Positions 50,301 through 64,000 of a stretch of DNA of 64,000 nt are shown in pieces. A program made the position numbers and the translations under genes. The notes beneath the pieces were generated by a model. It was not told the origin of the DNA and ran no database searches. It saw only the letters and a program-made list of their open reading frames with translations. Source of the stretch: Eledone cirrhosa (taxonomy: Eukaryota); the NCBI GenBank assembly GCA_964016885.1, contig OZ024743.1, positions 75,826,001-75,890,000 of the forward strand, given 5' to 3'. How positions within the stretch are numbered: position 1 is the first letter of the stretch; the number at the start of each line of letters is the position of its first letter.

Positions 50301-53300
50301 TTATATATAGCTAGTGAGGTCTATTGTATTATATATAGCTGGTGAAGTCTATTGTATTATATATAGCTGGTGAGGTCTCTTGTATTATATATAGCTGGTG
50401 AAGTCTATTGTATTATATATAGCTGGTGAGGCCTCTTGTATTATATATAGCTGCTCTATTGTATTATATATAGCTAGTGAGGTCTATTGTATTATATATA
50501 GCTAGTGAGGTCTATTGTATTATATATAGCTGGTGAGTTCTATTTTATTATATATAGCTGGTGCGGTCTATTGAATTATATATAGCTAGTGATGACTATT
50601 GTATTATATATAGCTAGTGAGGTCTATTGTATCATATATAGCTGGTGAGGTCTATTGTATTATATATAGCTAGTGAGGTCTATTTTATTATATATAGCTA
50701 GTGCGGTCTATTGTATTATATATAGCTAGTGAGGTCTATTGTATTATATATAGCTGGTGAAGTCTATTGTATTATATATAGCTGGTGAGGTCTCTTGTAT
50801 TATATAAAGCTGGTGAAGTCTATTGTATTATATATAGCTGGTGAGGTCTCTTGTATTATATATAGCTGGTGAGGTCTATTGTATTATATATAGCTGGTGA
50901 GGTCTATTGTATTATATATAGCTAGTGAGGTCTATTGTATTATATATAGCTGGTGAAGTCTATTGTATTATATATAGCTGGTGAGGCCTCTTGTATTATA
51001 TATAGCTGGTGAAGTCTATTGTATTATATATAACTAATGAGGGCTATTGTATTATATATGGCTAGTCATGTCTATTGTATTATATATAGCTAGTGAGGTC
51101 TATTGTATTATATATAGCTGGTGAGGTCTCTTGTATTATATATAGCTGGTGAGGTCTATTGTATTATATATAGCTAGTGAGGGCTATTGTATTATATATG
51201 GCTAGTCATGTCTATTGTATTATATATAGCTAGTGAGGTCTATCGTATTATATAAAGCCAGTGAGGTCTATTTTATTTTATATAGCTAGTGAGGTCTATT
51301 GTATTATATATATCTGGTGAGGTCTATTGTATTATATATAGCTAGTGAGGTCTATTGTATTATATATAGCTAGTGAGGTCTATTGTATTATATATAGCTG
51401 GTGAGCTCTATTGTATTATATATAGCTAGAGAGGTCTATTGTATTATATATAGCTGGTGAGGTCTATTGTATTATATATAGCTGGTGAGGTCTATTGTAT
51501 TATATATAGCTAGTGAGGTCTATTGTATTATATATAGCTAGTGAGGTCTATTGTATTATATATAGCTAGTGAGGTCTATTGTATTATATATAACTCGTGA
51601 GGTCTATTGTATTATATATAGCTAGTGAGGTCTATTGTATTATATATAGCTGGTGAAGTCTATTGTATTATATATAGCTGGTGAGGTCTATTGTATTATA
51701 TATAGCTGGTGATGTCTATTTTATTATATATAGCTGGTGCGGTCTATTGAATAATATATAGCTAGTGATGACTATTGTATTATATATAGCTGGTGAGGTC
51801 TATTGTATTATATATTGCTGGTGAGGTCTTTTGTATTATATATATCTAGTGAGGTCTATTGTATTATATATAGCTGGTGAGGTCTATTGTATTATATATA
51901 GCTAGTGAGGTCTACTGTATTATATATAGCTAGTGAGGTCTATTGTATTATATATAGCTATTGAGGTCTATTGTATTATATATTGCTGGTGAGGTCTATT
52001 GTATTATATATAACTGGTGAGGTCTATTGTATTGTATATTGCTGGTCTATTGTATTATATATAGCTGGTGAAGTCTATTGTATTATATATAGCTGGTGAG
52101 GTCTATTGTATTATATATAGCTGGTGAGGTCTATTGTATTATATATAGCTAGTGAGGTCTATTGTATTATATATAGCTGGTGAAGTCTATTGTATTATAT
52201 ATAGCTGGTGAGGCCTCTTGTATTATATATAGCTGGTGAAGTCTATTGTATTATATATAACTAGTGAGGGCTATTGTATTATATATGGCTAGTCATGTGT
52301 ATTGTATTATATATAGCTAGTGAGGTCTATTGTATTATATATAGCTGGTGAGGTCTCTTGTATTATATATAGCTGGTGAGGTCTATTGTATTATATATAG
52401 CTAGTGAGGGCTATTGTATTATATATGGCTAGTCATGTCTATTGTATTATATATAGCTAGTGAGGTCTATCGTATTATATAAAGCCAGTGAGGTCTATTT
52501 TATTTTATATAGCTAGTGAGGTCTATTGTATTATATATATCTGGTGAGGTCTATTGTATTATATATAGCTAGTGAGGTCTATTGTATTATATATAGCTAG
52601 TGAGGTCTATTGTATTATATATAGCTGGTGAGCTCTATTGTATTATATATAGCTAGAGAGGTCTATTGTATTATATATAGCTGGTGAGGTCTATTGTATA
52701 ATATATAGCTAGTGAGGTCTATTGTATTATATATAGCTAGTGAGGTCTATTGTATTATATATAGCTAGTGAGGTCTATTGTATTATATATAACTCGTGAG
52801 GTCTATTGTATTATATATAGCTAGTGAGGTCTATTGTATTATATATAGCTGGTGAAGTCTATTGTATTATATATAGCTGGTGAGGTCTATTGTATTATAT
52901 ATAGCTGGTGATGTCTATTTTATTATATATAGCTGGTGCGGTCTATTGAATAATATATAGCTAGTGATGACTATTGTATTATATATAGCTGGTGAGGTCT
53001 ATTGTATTATATATTGCTGGTGAGGTCTTTTGTATTATATATATCTAGTGAGGTCTATTGTATTATATATAGCTGGTGAGGTCTATTGTATTATATATAG
53101 CTAGTGAGGTCTACTGTATTATATATAGCTAGTGAGGTCTATTGTATTATATATAGCTATTGAGGTCTATTGTATTATATATTGCTGGTGAGGTCTATTG
53201 TATTATATATAACTGGTGAGGTCTATTGTATTGTATATTGCTGGTCTATTGTATTATATATAGCTGGTGAAGTCTATTGTATTATATATAGTTGGTGAGG

Positions 53301-56300
53301 TCTATTGTATTATATATAGCTGGTGAAGTCTATTGTATTATATATAGCTGGTGAAGTCTGTTGTATTATATATAGCTGGTGAGGTCTATTGTATTATGTA
53401 TAGCTAGTGAGGTCTATTGTATTATATATAGCTGCAGGTCTATTGTATTATATATAACTAGTGAGGTCAATTGTATTATATATAGCTGCTCTATTGTATT
53501 ATATATAGCTGGTAAAGTCTATTGTATTATATATAGCTGGTGTGGTCTATTGTATTATATATAGCTAGTGAAGTCTATTGTATTATATATAGCTGGTGTG
53601 GTCAATTGTATTATATATAGCTAGTGAGGTCTATTGTATTATATATAGCTGGTGAGGCCTATTGTATTATATAAAGCTAGTGATGTCTATTTTATTATAT
53701 ATAGCTGGTGAGGTCTATTGTATTATATATAGTTAGGTGAGGTCTATTATATTATATATAGCTAGTGAGGTCTATTGTATTATATATAACTAGTGAGGTC
53801 TATTGTATTATATATAGCTGTTGAGGTCTATTGTATTATATATAGCTAGTGAGGTCTATTGAATTATATATAGCTGGTGCGGTCTATTGTATTATATATA
53901 GTTATGTGAGCTCTATTGTATTATATATGGCTAGTCATGTCTATTGTATCATATATAGCTGGTGAGGTCTATTATATTATATATAGCTAGTGAGGTCTAT
54001 TGTATTATATATAACTAGTGAGGTCTATTGTATTATATATAGCTGGTGAGGTCTATTTTATTATATATAGCTGGTGCGGTCTATTGAATTATATATAGCT
54101 AGTGATGACTATTGTATTATATATATCTGGTGAGGTCTATTGTATTATATATAGCTAGTGAGGTCTATTGTATTATATATATCTGGTGAGGTCTATTGTA
54201 TTATATATAGCTGGTGAGGTCTATTGTATTATATATAGCTAGTGAGGTCTATTGTATTATATATAGCTGGAGAGGTCTATTGTATTATATATATCTGGTG
54301 AAGTTTATCGTATGATATATAGCTGGTGAGGTCTATTGTATTATATATAGCTGGTGAGGTCTATTGTATTATATATAGCTAGTGAGGTCTATTGTATTAT
54401 ATATAGCTGGTGAGGTCTATTGTATTATATATAGCTAGTGAGGGCTATTGTATTATATATGGCTAGTCATGTCTATTGTTTTATATATAGCTAGTGAGGT
54501 CTATTGTATTATATAAAGCTAGTGAGGTCTATTTTATTATATATAGCTAGTGAGGTCTATTGTATTATATATAGCTGGTGAGGTCTATCGTATTATATAT
54601 AGCTAGTGAGGTCTATTGTATTATATATAGCTAGTGAGGTCTATTGTATTATATATAGCTGGTGAGGTCTATTGTATTATATATAGCTAGTGAGGCCTAT
54701 TGTATTATATATAGCTGGTGAGGTCTATTTTATTATATATAGCTAGTGAGGTCTATTGTATTATATATAGCTAGTGATGTCTATTGTATTATATATAGCT
54801 GGTGAGGTCTATTGTATTATATGTAGCTAGTAAGGGCTATTGTATTATATATGGCTAGTCATGTCTATTGTATTATATAAAGCTAGTGAGGTCTATTTTA
54901 TTATATATAGCTAGTGAGGTCTATTGTATTATATATAGCTGGTGAGCTCTATTGTATTATATATAGCTAGAGAGGTCTATTGTATTATATATAGCTAGTG
55001 ATGTCTATTGTATTATATATAGCTGGTGAGGTCTATTGTATTATATATAACTAGTGAGGTCTATTGTATTATATATAGCTGGTGAGGTCTATTGTATTAT
55101 ATATAACTAGTGAGGTCTATTGTATTATATATAGCTGGTAAGGTCTATTGTATTATATATAGCTAGTGAGGTCTATTGTATTATATATAGCTGGTGAGGT
55201 CTATTGTATTATATATAGCTAGTGAAGTCTATTGTATTATATATAGCTAGTGAGGTCTATTGTATTATATAAAGCCAGTGAGGTCTATTTTATTATATAT
55301 AGCTAGTGAGGTCTATTGTATTATATATAGCTGGTGAGGTCTATTGTGTTATATATAGCTAGTGAGGTCTATTGTATTATATATAGCTAGTGAGGACTAT
55401 TGTATTATATATAGCTGGTGAAGTCTATTGTATTATATATAGCTAGTGAGGTCTATTTTATTATATATAGCTAGTGCGGTCTATTGTATTATATATAGCT
55501 AGTGAGGTCTATTGTATTATATATAGCTGGTGAAGTCTATTGTATTATATATAGCTGGTGAGGTCTCTTGTATTATATATAGCTGGTGAAGTCTATTGTA
55601 TTATATATAGCTGGTGAGGCCTCTTGTATTATATATAGCTGCTCTATTGTATTATATATAGCTAGTGAGGTCTATTGTATTATATATAGCTAGTGAGGTC
55701 TATTGTATTATATATAGCTGGTGAGTTCTATTTTATTATATATAGCTGGTGCGGTCTATTGAATTATATATAGCTAGTGATGACTATTGTATTATATATA
55801 GCTAGTGAGGTCTATTGTATCATATATAGCTGGTGAGGTCTATTGTATTATATATAGCTAGTGAGGTCTATTTTATTATATATAGCTAGTGCGGTCTATT
55901 GTATTATATATAGCTAGTGAGGTCTATTGTATTATATATAGCTGGTGAAGTCTATTGTATTATATATAGCTGGTGAGGTCTCTTGTATTATATAAAGCTG
56001 GTGAAGTCTATTGTATTATATATAGCTGGTGAGGTCTCTTGTATTATATATAGCTGGTGAGGTCTATTGTATTATATATAGCTGGTGAGGTCTATTGTAT
56101 TATATATAGCTAGTGAGGTCTATTGTATTATATATAGCTGGTGAAATCTATTGTATTATATATAGCTGGTGAGGCCTCTTGTATTATATATAGCTGGTGA
56201 AGTCTATTGTATTATATATAACTAATGAGGGCTATTGTATTATATATGGCTAGTCATGTCTATTGTATTATATATAGCTAGTGAGGTCTATTGTATTATA

Positions 56301-59300
56301 TATAGCTGGTGAGGTCTCTTGTATTATATATAGCTGGTGAGGTCTATTGTATTATATATAGCTAGTGAGGGCTATTGTATTATATATGGCTAGTCATGTC
56401 TATTGTATTATATATAGCTAGTGAGGTCTATCGTATTATATAAAGCCAGTGAGGTCTATTTTATTTTATATAGCTAGTGAGGTCTATTGTATTATATATA
56501 TCTGGTGAGGTCTATTGTATTATATATAGCTAGTGAGGTCTATTGTATTATATATAGCTAGTGAGGTCTATTGTATTATATATAGCTGGTGAGCTCTATT
56601 GTATTATATATAGCTAGAGAGGTCTATTGTATTATATATAGCTGGTGAGGTCTATTGTATTATATATAGCTAGTGAGGTCTATTGTATTATATATAGCTA
56701 GTGAGGTCTATTGTATTATATATAGCTAGTGAGGTCTATTGTATTATATATAACTCGTGAGGTCTATTGTATTATATATAGCTAGTGAGGTCTATTGTAT
56801 TATATATAGCTGGTGAAGTCTATTGTATTATATATAGCTGGTGAGGTCTATTGTATTATATATAGCTGGTGATGTCTATTTTATTATATATAGCTGGTGC
56901 GGTCTATTGAATAATATATAGCTAGTGATGACTATTGTATTATATATAGCTGGTGAGGTCTATTGTATTATATATTGCTGGTGAGGTCTTTTGTATTATA
57001 TATATCTAGTGAGGTCTATTGTATTATATATAGCTGGTGAGGTCTATTGTATTATATATAGCTAGTGAGGTCTACTGTATTATATATAGCTAGTGAGGTC
57101 TATTGTATTATATATAGCTATTGAGGTCTATTGTATTATATATTGCTGGTGAGGTCTATTGTATTATATATAACTGGTGAGGTCTATTGTATTGTATATT
57201 GCTGGTCTATTGTATTATATATAGCTGGTGAAGTCTATTGTATTATATATAGCTGGTGAGGTCTATTGTATTATATATAGCTGGTGAGGTCTATTGTATT
57301 ATATATAGCTAGTGAGGTCTATTGTATTATATATAGCTGGTGAAGTCTATTGTATTATATATAGCTGGTGAGGCCTCTTGTATTATATATAGCTGGTGAA
57401 GTCTATTGTATTATATATAACTAGTGAGGGCTATTGTATTATATATGGCTAGTCATGTGTATTGTATTATATATAGCTAGTGAGGTCTATTGTATTATAT
57501 ATAGCTGGTGAGGTCTCTTGTATTATATATAGCTGGTGAGGTCTATTGTATTATATATAGCTAGTGAGGGCTATTGTATTATATATGGCTAGTCATGTCT
57601 ATTGTATTATATATAGCTAGTGAGGTCTATCGTATTATATAAAGCCAGTGAGGTCTATTTTATTTTATATAGCTAGTGAGGTCTATTGTATTATATATAT
57701 CTGGTGAGGTCTATTGTATTATATATAGCTAGTGAGGTCTATTGTATTATATATAGCTAGTGAGGTCTATTGCATTATATATAGCTGGTGAGCTCTATTG
57801 TATTATATATAGCTAGAGAGGTCTATTGTATTATATATAGCTGGTGAGGTCTATTGTATTATATATAGCTAGTGAGGTCTATTGTATTATATATAGCTAG
57901 TGAGGTCTATTGTATTATATATAGCTAGTGAGGTCTATTGTATTATATATAACTCGTGAGGTCTATTGTATTATATATAGCTAGTGAGGTCTATTGTATT
58001 ATATATAGCTGGTGAAGTCTATTGTATTATATATAGCTGGTGAGGTCTATTGTATTATATATAGCTGGTGATGTCTATTTTATTATATATAGCTGGTGCG
58101 GTCTATTGAATAATATATAGCTAGTGATGACTATTGTATTATATATAGCTGGTGAGGTCTATTGTATTATATATTGCTGGTGAGGTCTTTTGTATTATAT
58201 ATATCTAGTGAGGTCTATTGTATTATATATAGCTATTGAGGTCTATTGTATTATATATTGCTGGTGAGGTCTATTGTATTATATATAACTGGTGAGGTCT
58301 ATTGTATTGTATATTGCTGGTCTATTGTATTATATATAGCTGGTGAAGTCTATTGTATTATATATAGTTGGTGAGGTCTATTGTATTATATATAGCTGGT
58401 GAAGTCTATTGTATTATATATAGCTGGTGAAGTCTGTTGTATTATATATAGCTGGTGAGGTCTATTGTATTATGTATAGCTAGTGAGGTCTATTGTATTA
58501 TATATAGCTGCAGGTCTATTGTATTATATATAACTAGTGAGGTCAATTGTATTATATATAGCTGCTCTATTGTATTATATATAGCTGGTAAAGTCTATTG
58601 TATTATATATAGCTGGTGTGGTCTATTGTATTATATATAGCTAGTGAAGTCTATTGTATTATATATAGCTGGTGTGGTCAATTGTATTATATATAGCTAG
58701 TGAGGTCTATTGTATTATATATAGCTGGTGAGGCCTATTGTATTATATAAAGCTAGTGATGTCTATTTTATTATATATAGCTGGTGAGGTCTATTGTATT
58801 ATATATAGTTAGGTGAGGTCTATTATATTATATATAGCTAGTGAGGTCTATTGTATTATATATAACTAGTGAGGTCTATTGTATTATATATAGCTGTTGA
58901 GGTCTATTGTATTATATATAGCTAGTGAGGTCTATTGAATTATATATAGCTGGTGCGGTCTATTGTATTATATATAGTTATGTGAGCTCTATTGTATTAT
59001 ATATGGCTAGTCATGTCTATTGTTTCATATATAGCTGGTGAGGTCTATTATATTATATATAGCTAGTGAGGTCTATTGTATTATATATAACTAGTGAGGT
59101 CTATTGTATTATATATAGCTGTTGAGGTCTATTGTATTATATATAACTGGTGAGGTCTATTGTATTATATATAGCTGCTCTATTGTATTATATATAGCTG
59201 GTGAGGTCTATTGTATTATATATAGCTGTTGAGGTCTATTGTATTATATATAACTAGTGAGGTCTATTGTATTATATATAGCTAGTGAGGTCTATTGTAT

Positions 59301-62300
59301 TATATATAACTAGTGAGGTCTATTGTATTATATATAGCTGTTGAGGTCTATTGTATTATATATAACTGGTGAGGTCTATTGTATTATATATAGCTGCTCT
59401 ATTGTATTATATATAGCTAGTGAGGTCTATTGTATTATATATAGCTAGTGAGGTCTATTGTATTATATATAGCTGGTGAGGTCTATTTTATTATATATAG
59501 CTGGTGCGGTCTATTGAATTATATATAGCTAGTGATGACTATTGTATTATATATAGCTAGTGAGGTCTATTGTATCATATATAGCTGGTGAGGTCTATTG
59601 TATTATATATAGCTAGTGAGGTCTATTTTATTATATATAGCTAGTGCGGTCTATTGTATTATATATAGCTAGTGAGGTCTATTGTATTATATATAGCTGG
59701 TGAAGTCTATTGTATTATATATAGCTGGTGAGGTCTCTTGTATTATATATAGCTGGTGAAGTTTATTGTATTATATATAGCTGGTGAGGTCTCTTGTATT
59801 ATATATAGCTGCTCTATTGTATTATATATAGCTAGTGTGGTCTATTGTATTATATATAGCTAGTGAGGTCTATTGTATTATATATAGCTGGTCAGGTCTA
59901 TTTTATTATATATAGCTGGTGCGGTCTATTGAATTATATATAGCTAGTGATGACTATTGTATTATATATAGCTAGGGAGGTCTATTGTATCATATATAGC
60001 TGGTGAGGTCTATTGTATTATATATAGCTAGTGAGGTCTATTTTATTATATATAGCTAGTGCGGTCTATTGTATTATATATAGCTAGTGAGGTCTATTGT
60101 ATTATATATAGCTGGTGAAATCTATTGAATTATATATAGCTGGTGAGGTCTCTTGTATTATATATAGCTGGTGAAGTCTATTGTAATATATATAGCTGGT
60201 GAGGTCTCTTGTATTATATATAGCTGGTGAGGTCTATTGTATTATATATTGCTGGTGAGGTCTATTGTATTATATATAGCTAGTGAGGTCTATTGTATTA
60301 TATATAGCTGGTGAAGTCTATTGTATTATATATAGCTGGTGAGGCCTCTTGTATTATATATAGCTGGTGAAGTCTATTGTATTATATATAACTAGTGAGG
60401 GCTATTGTATTATATATGGCTAGTCATGTCTATTGTATTATATATAGCTAGTGAGGTCTATTGTATTATATATAGCTGGTGAGGTCTCTTGTATTATATA
60501 TAGCTGGTGAGGTCTATTGTATTATATATAGCTAGTGAGGGCTATTGTATTATATATGGCTAGTCATGTCTATTGTATTATATATAGCTAGTGAGGTCTA
60601 TCGTATTATATAAAGCCAGTGAGGTCTATTTTATTTTATATAGCTAGTGAGGTCTATTGTATTATATATATCTGGTGAGGTCTATTGTATTATATATAGC
60701 TAGTGAAGTCTATTGTATTATATATAGCTAGTGAGGTCTATTGTATTATATATAGCTGGTGAGCTCTATTGTATTATATATAGCTAGAGAGGTCTAATGT
60801 ATTATATATAGCTGGTGAGGTCTATTGTATTATATATAGCTAGTGAGGTCTATTGTATTATATATAGCTAGTGAGGTCTATTGTATTATATATAGCTGGT
60901 GAGCTCTATTGTATTATATATAGCTAGAGAGCTCTATTGTATTATATATAGCTAGTGAGGTCTATTGTATTATATATAGCTAGTGAGGTCTATTGTATTA
61001 TATATAGCTAGTGAGGTCTATTTTATTATATATAGCTAGTGAGGTCTATTGTATTATATATAGCTAGTGAGGTCTATTGTATTATATATAGCTAGTGAGG
61101 TCTATTGTATTATATATAGCTGGTGAAGTCTATTGTATTATATATAGCTGGTGAGGTTTATTGTATTATATATAGCTGGTGAGGTCTTTTTTATTATATA
61201 TAGCTGGTGCGGTCTATTGAATTATATATAGCTAGTGATGACTATTGTATTATATATAGCTAGAGAGGTCTATTGTATTTTATATAGCTGGTGCGGTCTA
61301 TTGTATTATATACAGTTAGGTGAGGTCTATTGTATCATATATAGCTAGTGAGGTCTATTTTATTATATATAGCTAGTGAAGTCTATTGTATTATATATAG
61401 CTAGTGAGGTCTATTGTATTATATATAGCTGGTGAGGTCTATTGTATTATATATAGCTGGTGAAGTCTATTGTATTATATATAGCTGGTGAGGTCTATTG
61501 TATTATATATAGATAGTGAGGTCTATTGTATTATATATAGCTAGAGAGGTCTATTGTATTATATATAGTTGGTGAGGTCTATTGTATTATATATAGCTAG
61601 TGATGTCTATTGTATTATATATAGCTGGTGAGCTCTATTGTATTATATATAGCTGGTGAGGTCTATTGAATTATATATAGCTGGTGCGGTCTATTGTATT
61701 ATATATAGTTAGGTGAGCTCTATTGTATTATATATGGCTAGTCATGTCTATTGTATCATATATAGCTGGTGAGGTCTATTGTATTATATATAGCTGCTCC
61801 ATTGTATTATATATAGCTGGTGAGGTCTATTGTATTATATATAGCTGTTGAGGTCTATTGTATTATATATAATTAGTGAGGTCTATTGTATTATATATAG
61901 CTGCTCTATTGTATTACATATAGCTAGTGAGGTCTATTGTATTATATATAGCTAGTGAGGTCTATTGTATTATATATAGCTGGTGAGGTCTATTTTATTA
62001 TATATAGCTGGTGCGGTCTATTGAATTATATATAGCTGGTGAGGTCTATTGTATTATATATAGCTAGTGATGACTATTGTATTATATATAGCTAGTGAGG
62101 TCTATTGTATCATATATAGCTGGTGAGGTCTATTGTATTATATATAGCTAGTGAGGTCTATTTTATTATATATAGCTAGTGCGGTCTATTGTATTATATA
62201 TAGCTAGTGAGGTCTATTGTATTATATATAGCTGGTGAGCTCTATTGTATTATATATAGCTGGTGAAGTCTATTGTATTATATATAGCTGGTGAGGTCTC

Positions 62301-64000
62301 TTGTATTATATATAGCTGGTGAGGTCTATTGTATTATATATAGCTAGTGAGGTCTATTGTAGTATATATAGCTGGTGAGGTCTATTGTATTATATATAGC
62401 TAGAGAGGTCTATTGTATTATATATAGCTAGTGATGTCTATTGTATTATATATAGCTGGTGAGGTCTATTGTATTATATATAAATAGTGAGGTCTATTGT
62501 ATTATATATAGCTAGTGAGGTCTATTGTATTATATATAACTAGTGAGGTCTATTGTATTATATATAGCTGGTAAGGTCTATTGTATTATATATAGCTAGT
62601 GAGGTCTATTGTATTATATATAGCTGGTGAGGTCTATTGTATTATATATAGCTAGTGAAGTCTATTGTATTATATATAGCTAGTGAGGTCTATTGTATTA
62701 TATAAAGCCAGTGAGGTCTATTTTATTATATATAGCTAGTGAGGTCTATTGTATTATATATAGCTGGTAAGGTCTATTGTGTTATATATAGCTAGTGAGG
62801 TCTATTGTATTAGATATAGCTAGTGAGGGCTATTGTATTATATATAGCTGGTGAAGTCTATTGTATTATATATAACTAGTGAGGGCTATTGTATTATATA
62901 TGGCTAGTCATGTCTATTGTATTATATATAGCTAGTGAGGTCTATTGTATTATATATAGCTGGTGAGGTCTCTTGTATTATATATAGCTGGTGAGGTCTA
63001 TTGTATTATATATAGCTAGTGAGGGCTATTGTATTATATATGGCTAGTCATTTCTATTGTATTATATATAGCTAGTGAGGTCTATCGTATTATATAAAGC
63101 CAGTGAGGTCTATTTTATTTTATATAGCTAGTGAGGTCTATTGTATTATATATATCTGGTGAGGTCTATTGTATTATATATAGCTAGTGAAGTCTATTGT
63201 ATTATATATAGCTAGTGAGGTCTATTGTATTATATATAGCTGGTGAGCTCTATTGTATTATATATAGCTAGAGAGGTCTATTGTATTATATATAGCTGGT
63301 GAGGTCTATTGTATTATATATAGCTAGTGAGGTCTATTGTATTATATATAGCTAGTGAGGTCTATTGTATTATATATAGCTGGTGAGCTCTATTGTATTA
63401 TATATAGCTAGAGAGCTCTATTGTATTATATATAGCTAGTGAGGTCTATTGTATTATATATAGCTAGTGAGGTCTATTGTATTATATATAGCTAGTGAGG
63501 TCTATTGTATTATATATAGCTAGTGAGGTCTATTGTATTATATATAGCTAGTGAGGTCTATTGTATTATATATAGCTGGTGGAGTCTATTGTATTATATA
63601 TAGCTGGTGAGGTCTATTGTATTATATATAGCTGGTGAGGTCTTTTTTATTATATATAGCTGGTGCGGTCTATTGAATTATATATAGCTAGTGATGACTA
63701 TTGTATTATATATAGCTGGAGAGGTCTATTGTATTTTATATAGCTGGTGCGGTCTATTGTATTATATACAGTTAGGTGAGGTCTATTGTATCATATATAG
63801 CTAGTGAGGTCTATTTTATTATATATAGCTAGTGAAGTCTATTGTATTATATATAGCTAGTGAGGTCTATCGTATTATATATAGCTGGTGAGGTCTATTG
63901 TATTATATATAGCTGGTGAAGTCTATTGTATTATATATAGCTGGTGAGGTCTATTGTATTATATATAGATAGTGAGGTCTATTGTATTATATATAGCTAG
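26343..64000. repeat. 28-bp satellite (AGCTRGTGAGGTCTATTGTATTATATAT)n, about 1,340 monomers, running off the window end
   Basis: 28-nt period from 26371. Monomers of 23, 26 and 29 bp also occur, along with kb-scale higher-order duplications. Confidence 0.99.

Noticed and set aside
26343-64000. CRISPR-like array, or coding ORFs at 42404, 53379 and 58455
   Set aside because: There are no unique spacers and no cas genes. The ORFs are chance stop-free stretches within duplicated satellite blocks.

Overview
Eukaryotic, microsatellite-rich repeat DNA with no supportable host gene. The SINE and MITE types and the microsatellite density resemble cephalopod (octopus-like) DNA, which is an inference. 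Positions 1-26.3 kb hold micro- and minisatellites, tRNA-derived SINEs, DNA-transposon relics and Penelope-like repeats with candidate hammerhead ribozymes. The centrepiece is two intact, nearly identical full-length L1/Tx1-type non-LTR retrotransposons (ORF1 with a CCHC knuckle, ORF2 with APE-RT-zinc finger) plus a 126-bp 3' remnant of a relative. The three are stacked head-to-tail in one (AAT)n site inside a (TAC)n microsatellite. A diverged relative sits in a (GATA)n tract. All of these elements, and the local SINEs, share a 3' stem-loop with a CYUGU loop and covarying stems. This suggests a microsatellite-targeting LINE family with a partner SINE. Positions 26.3-64 kb are one 28-bp satellite array with nested kb-scale higher-order duplications.
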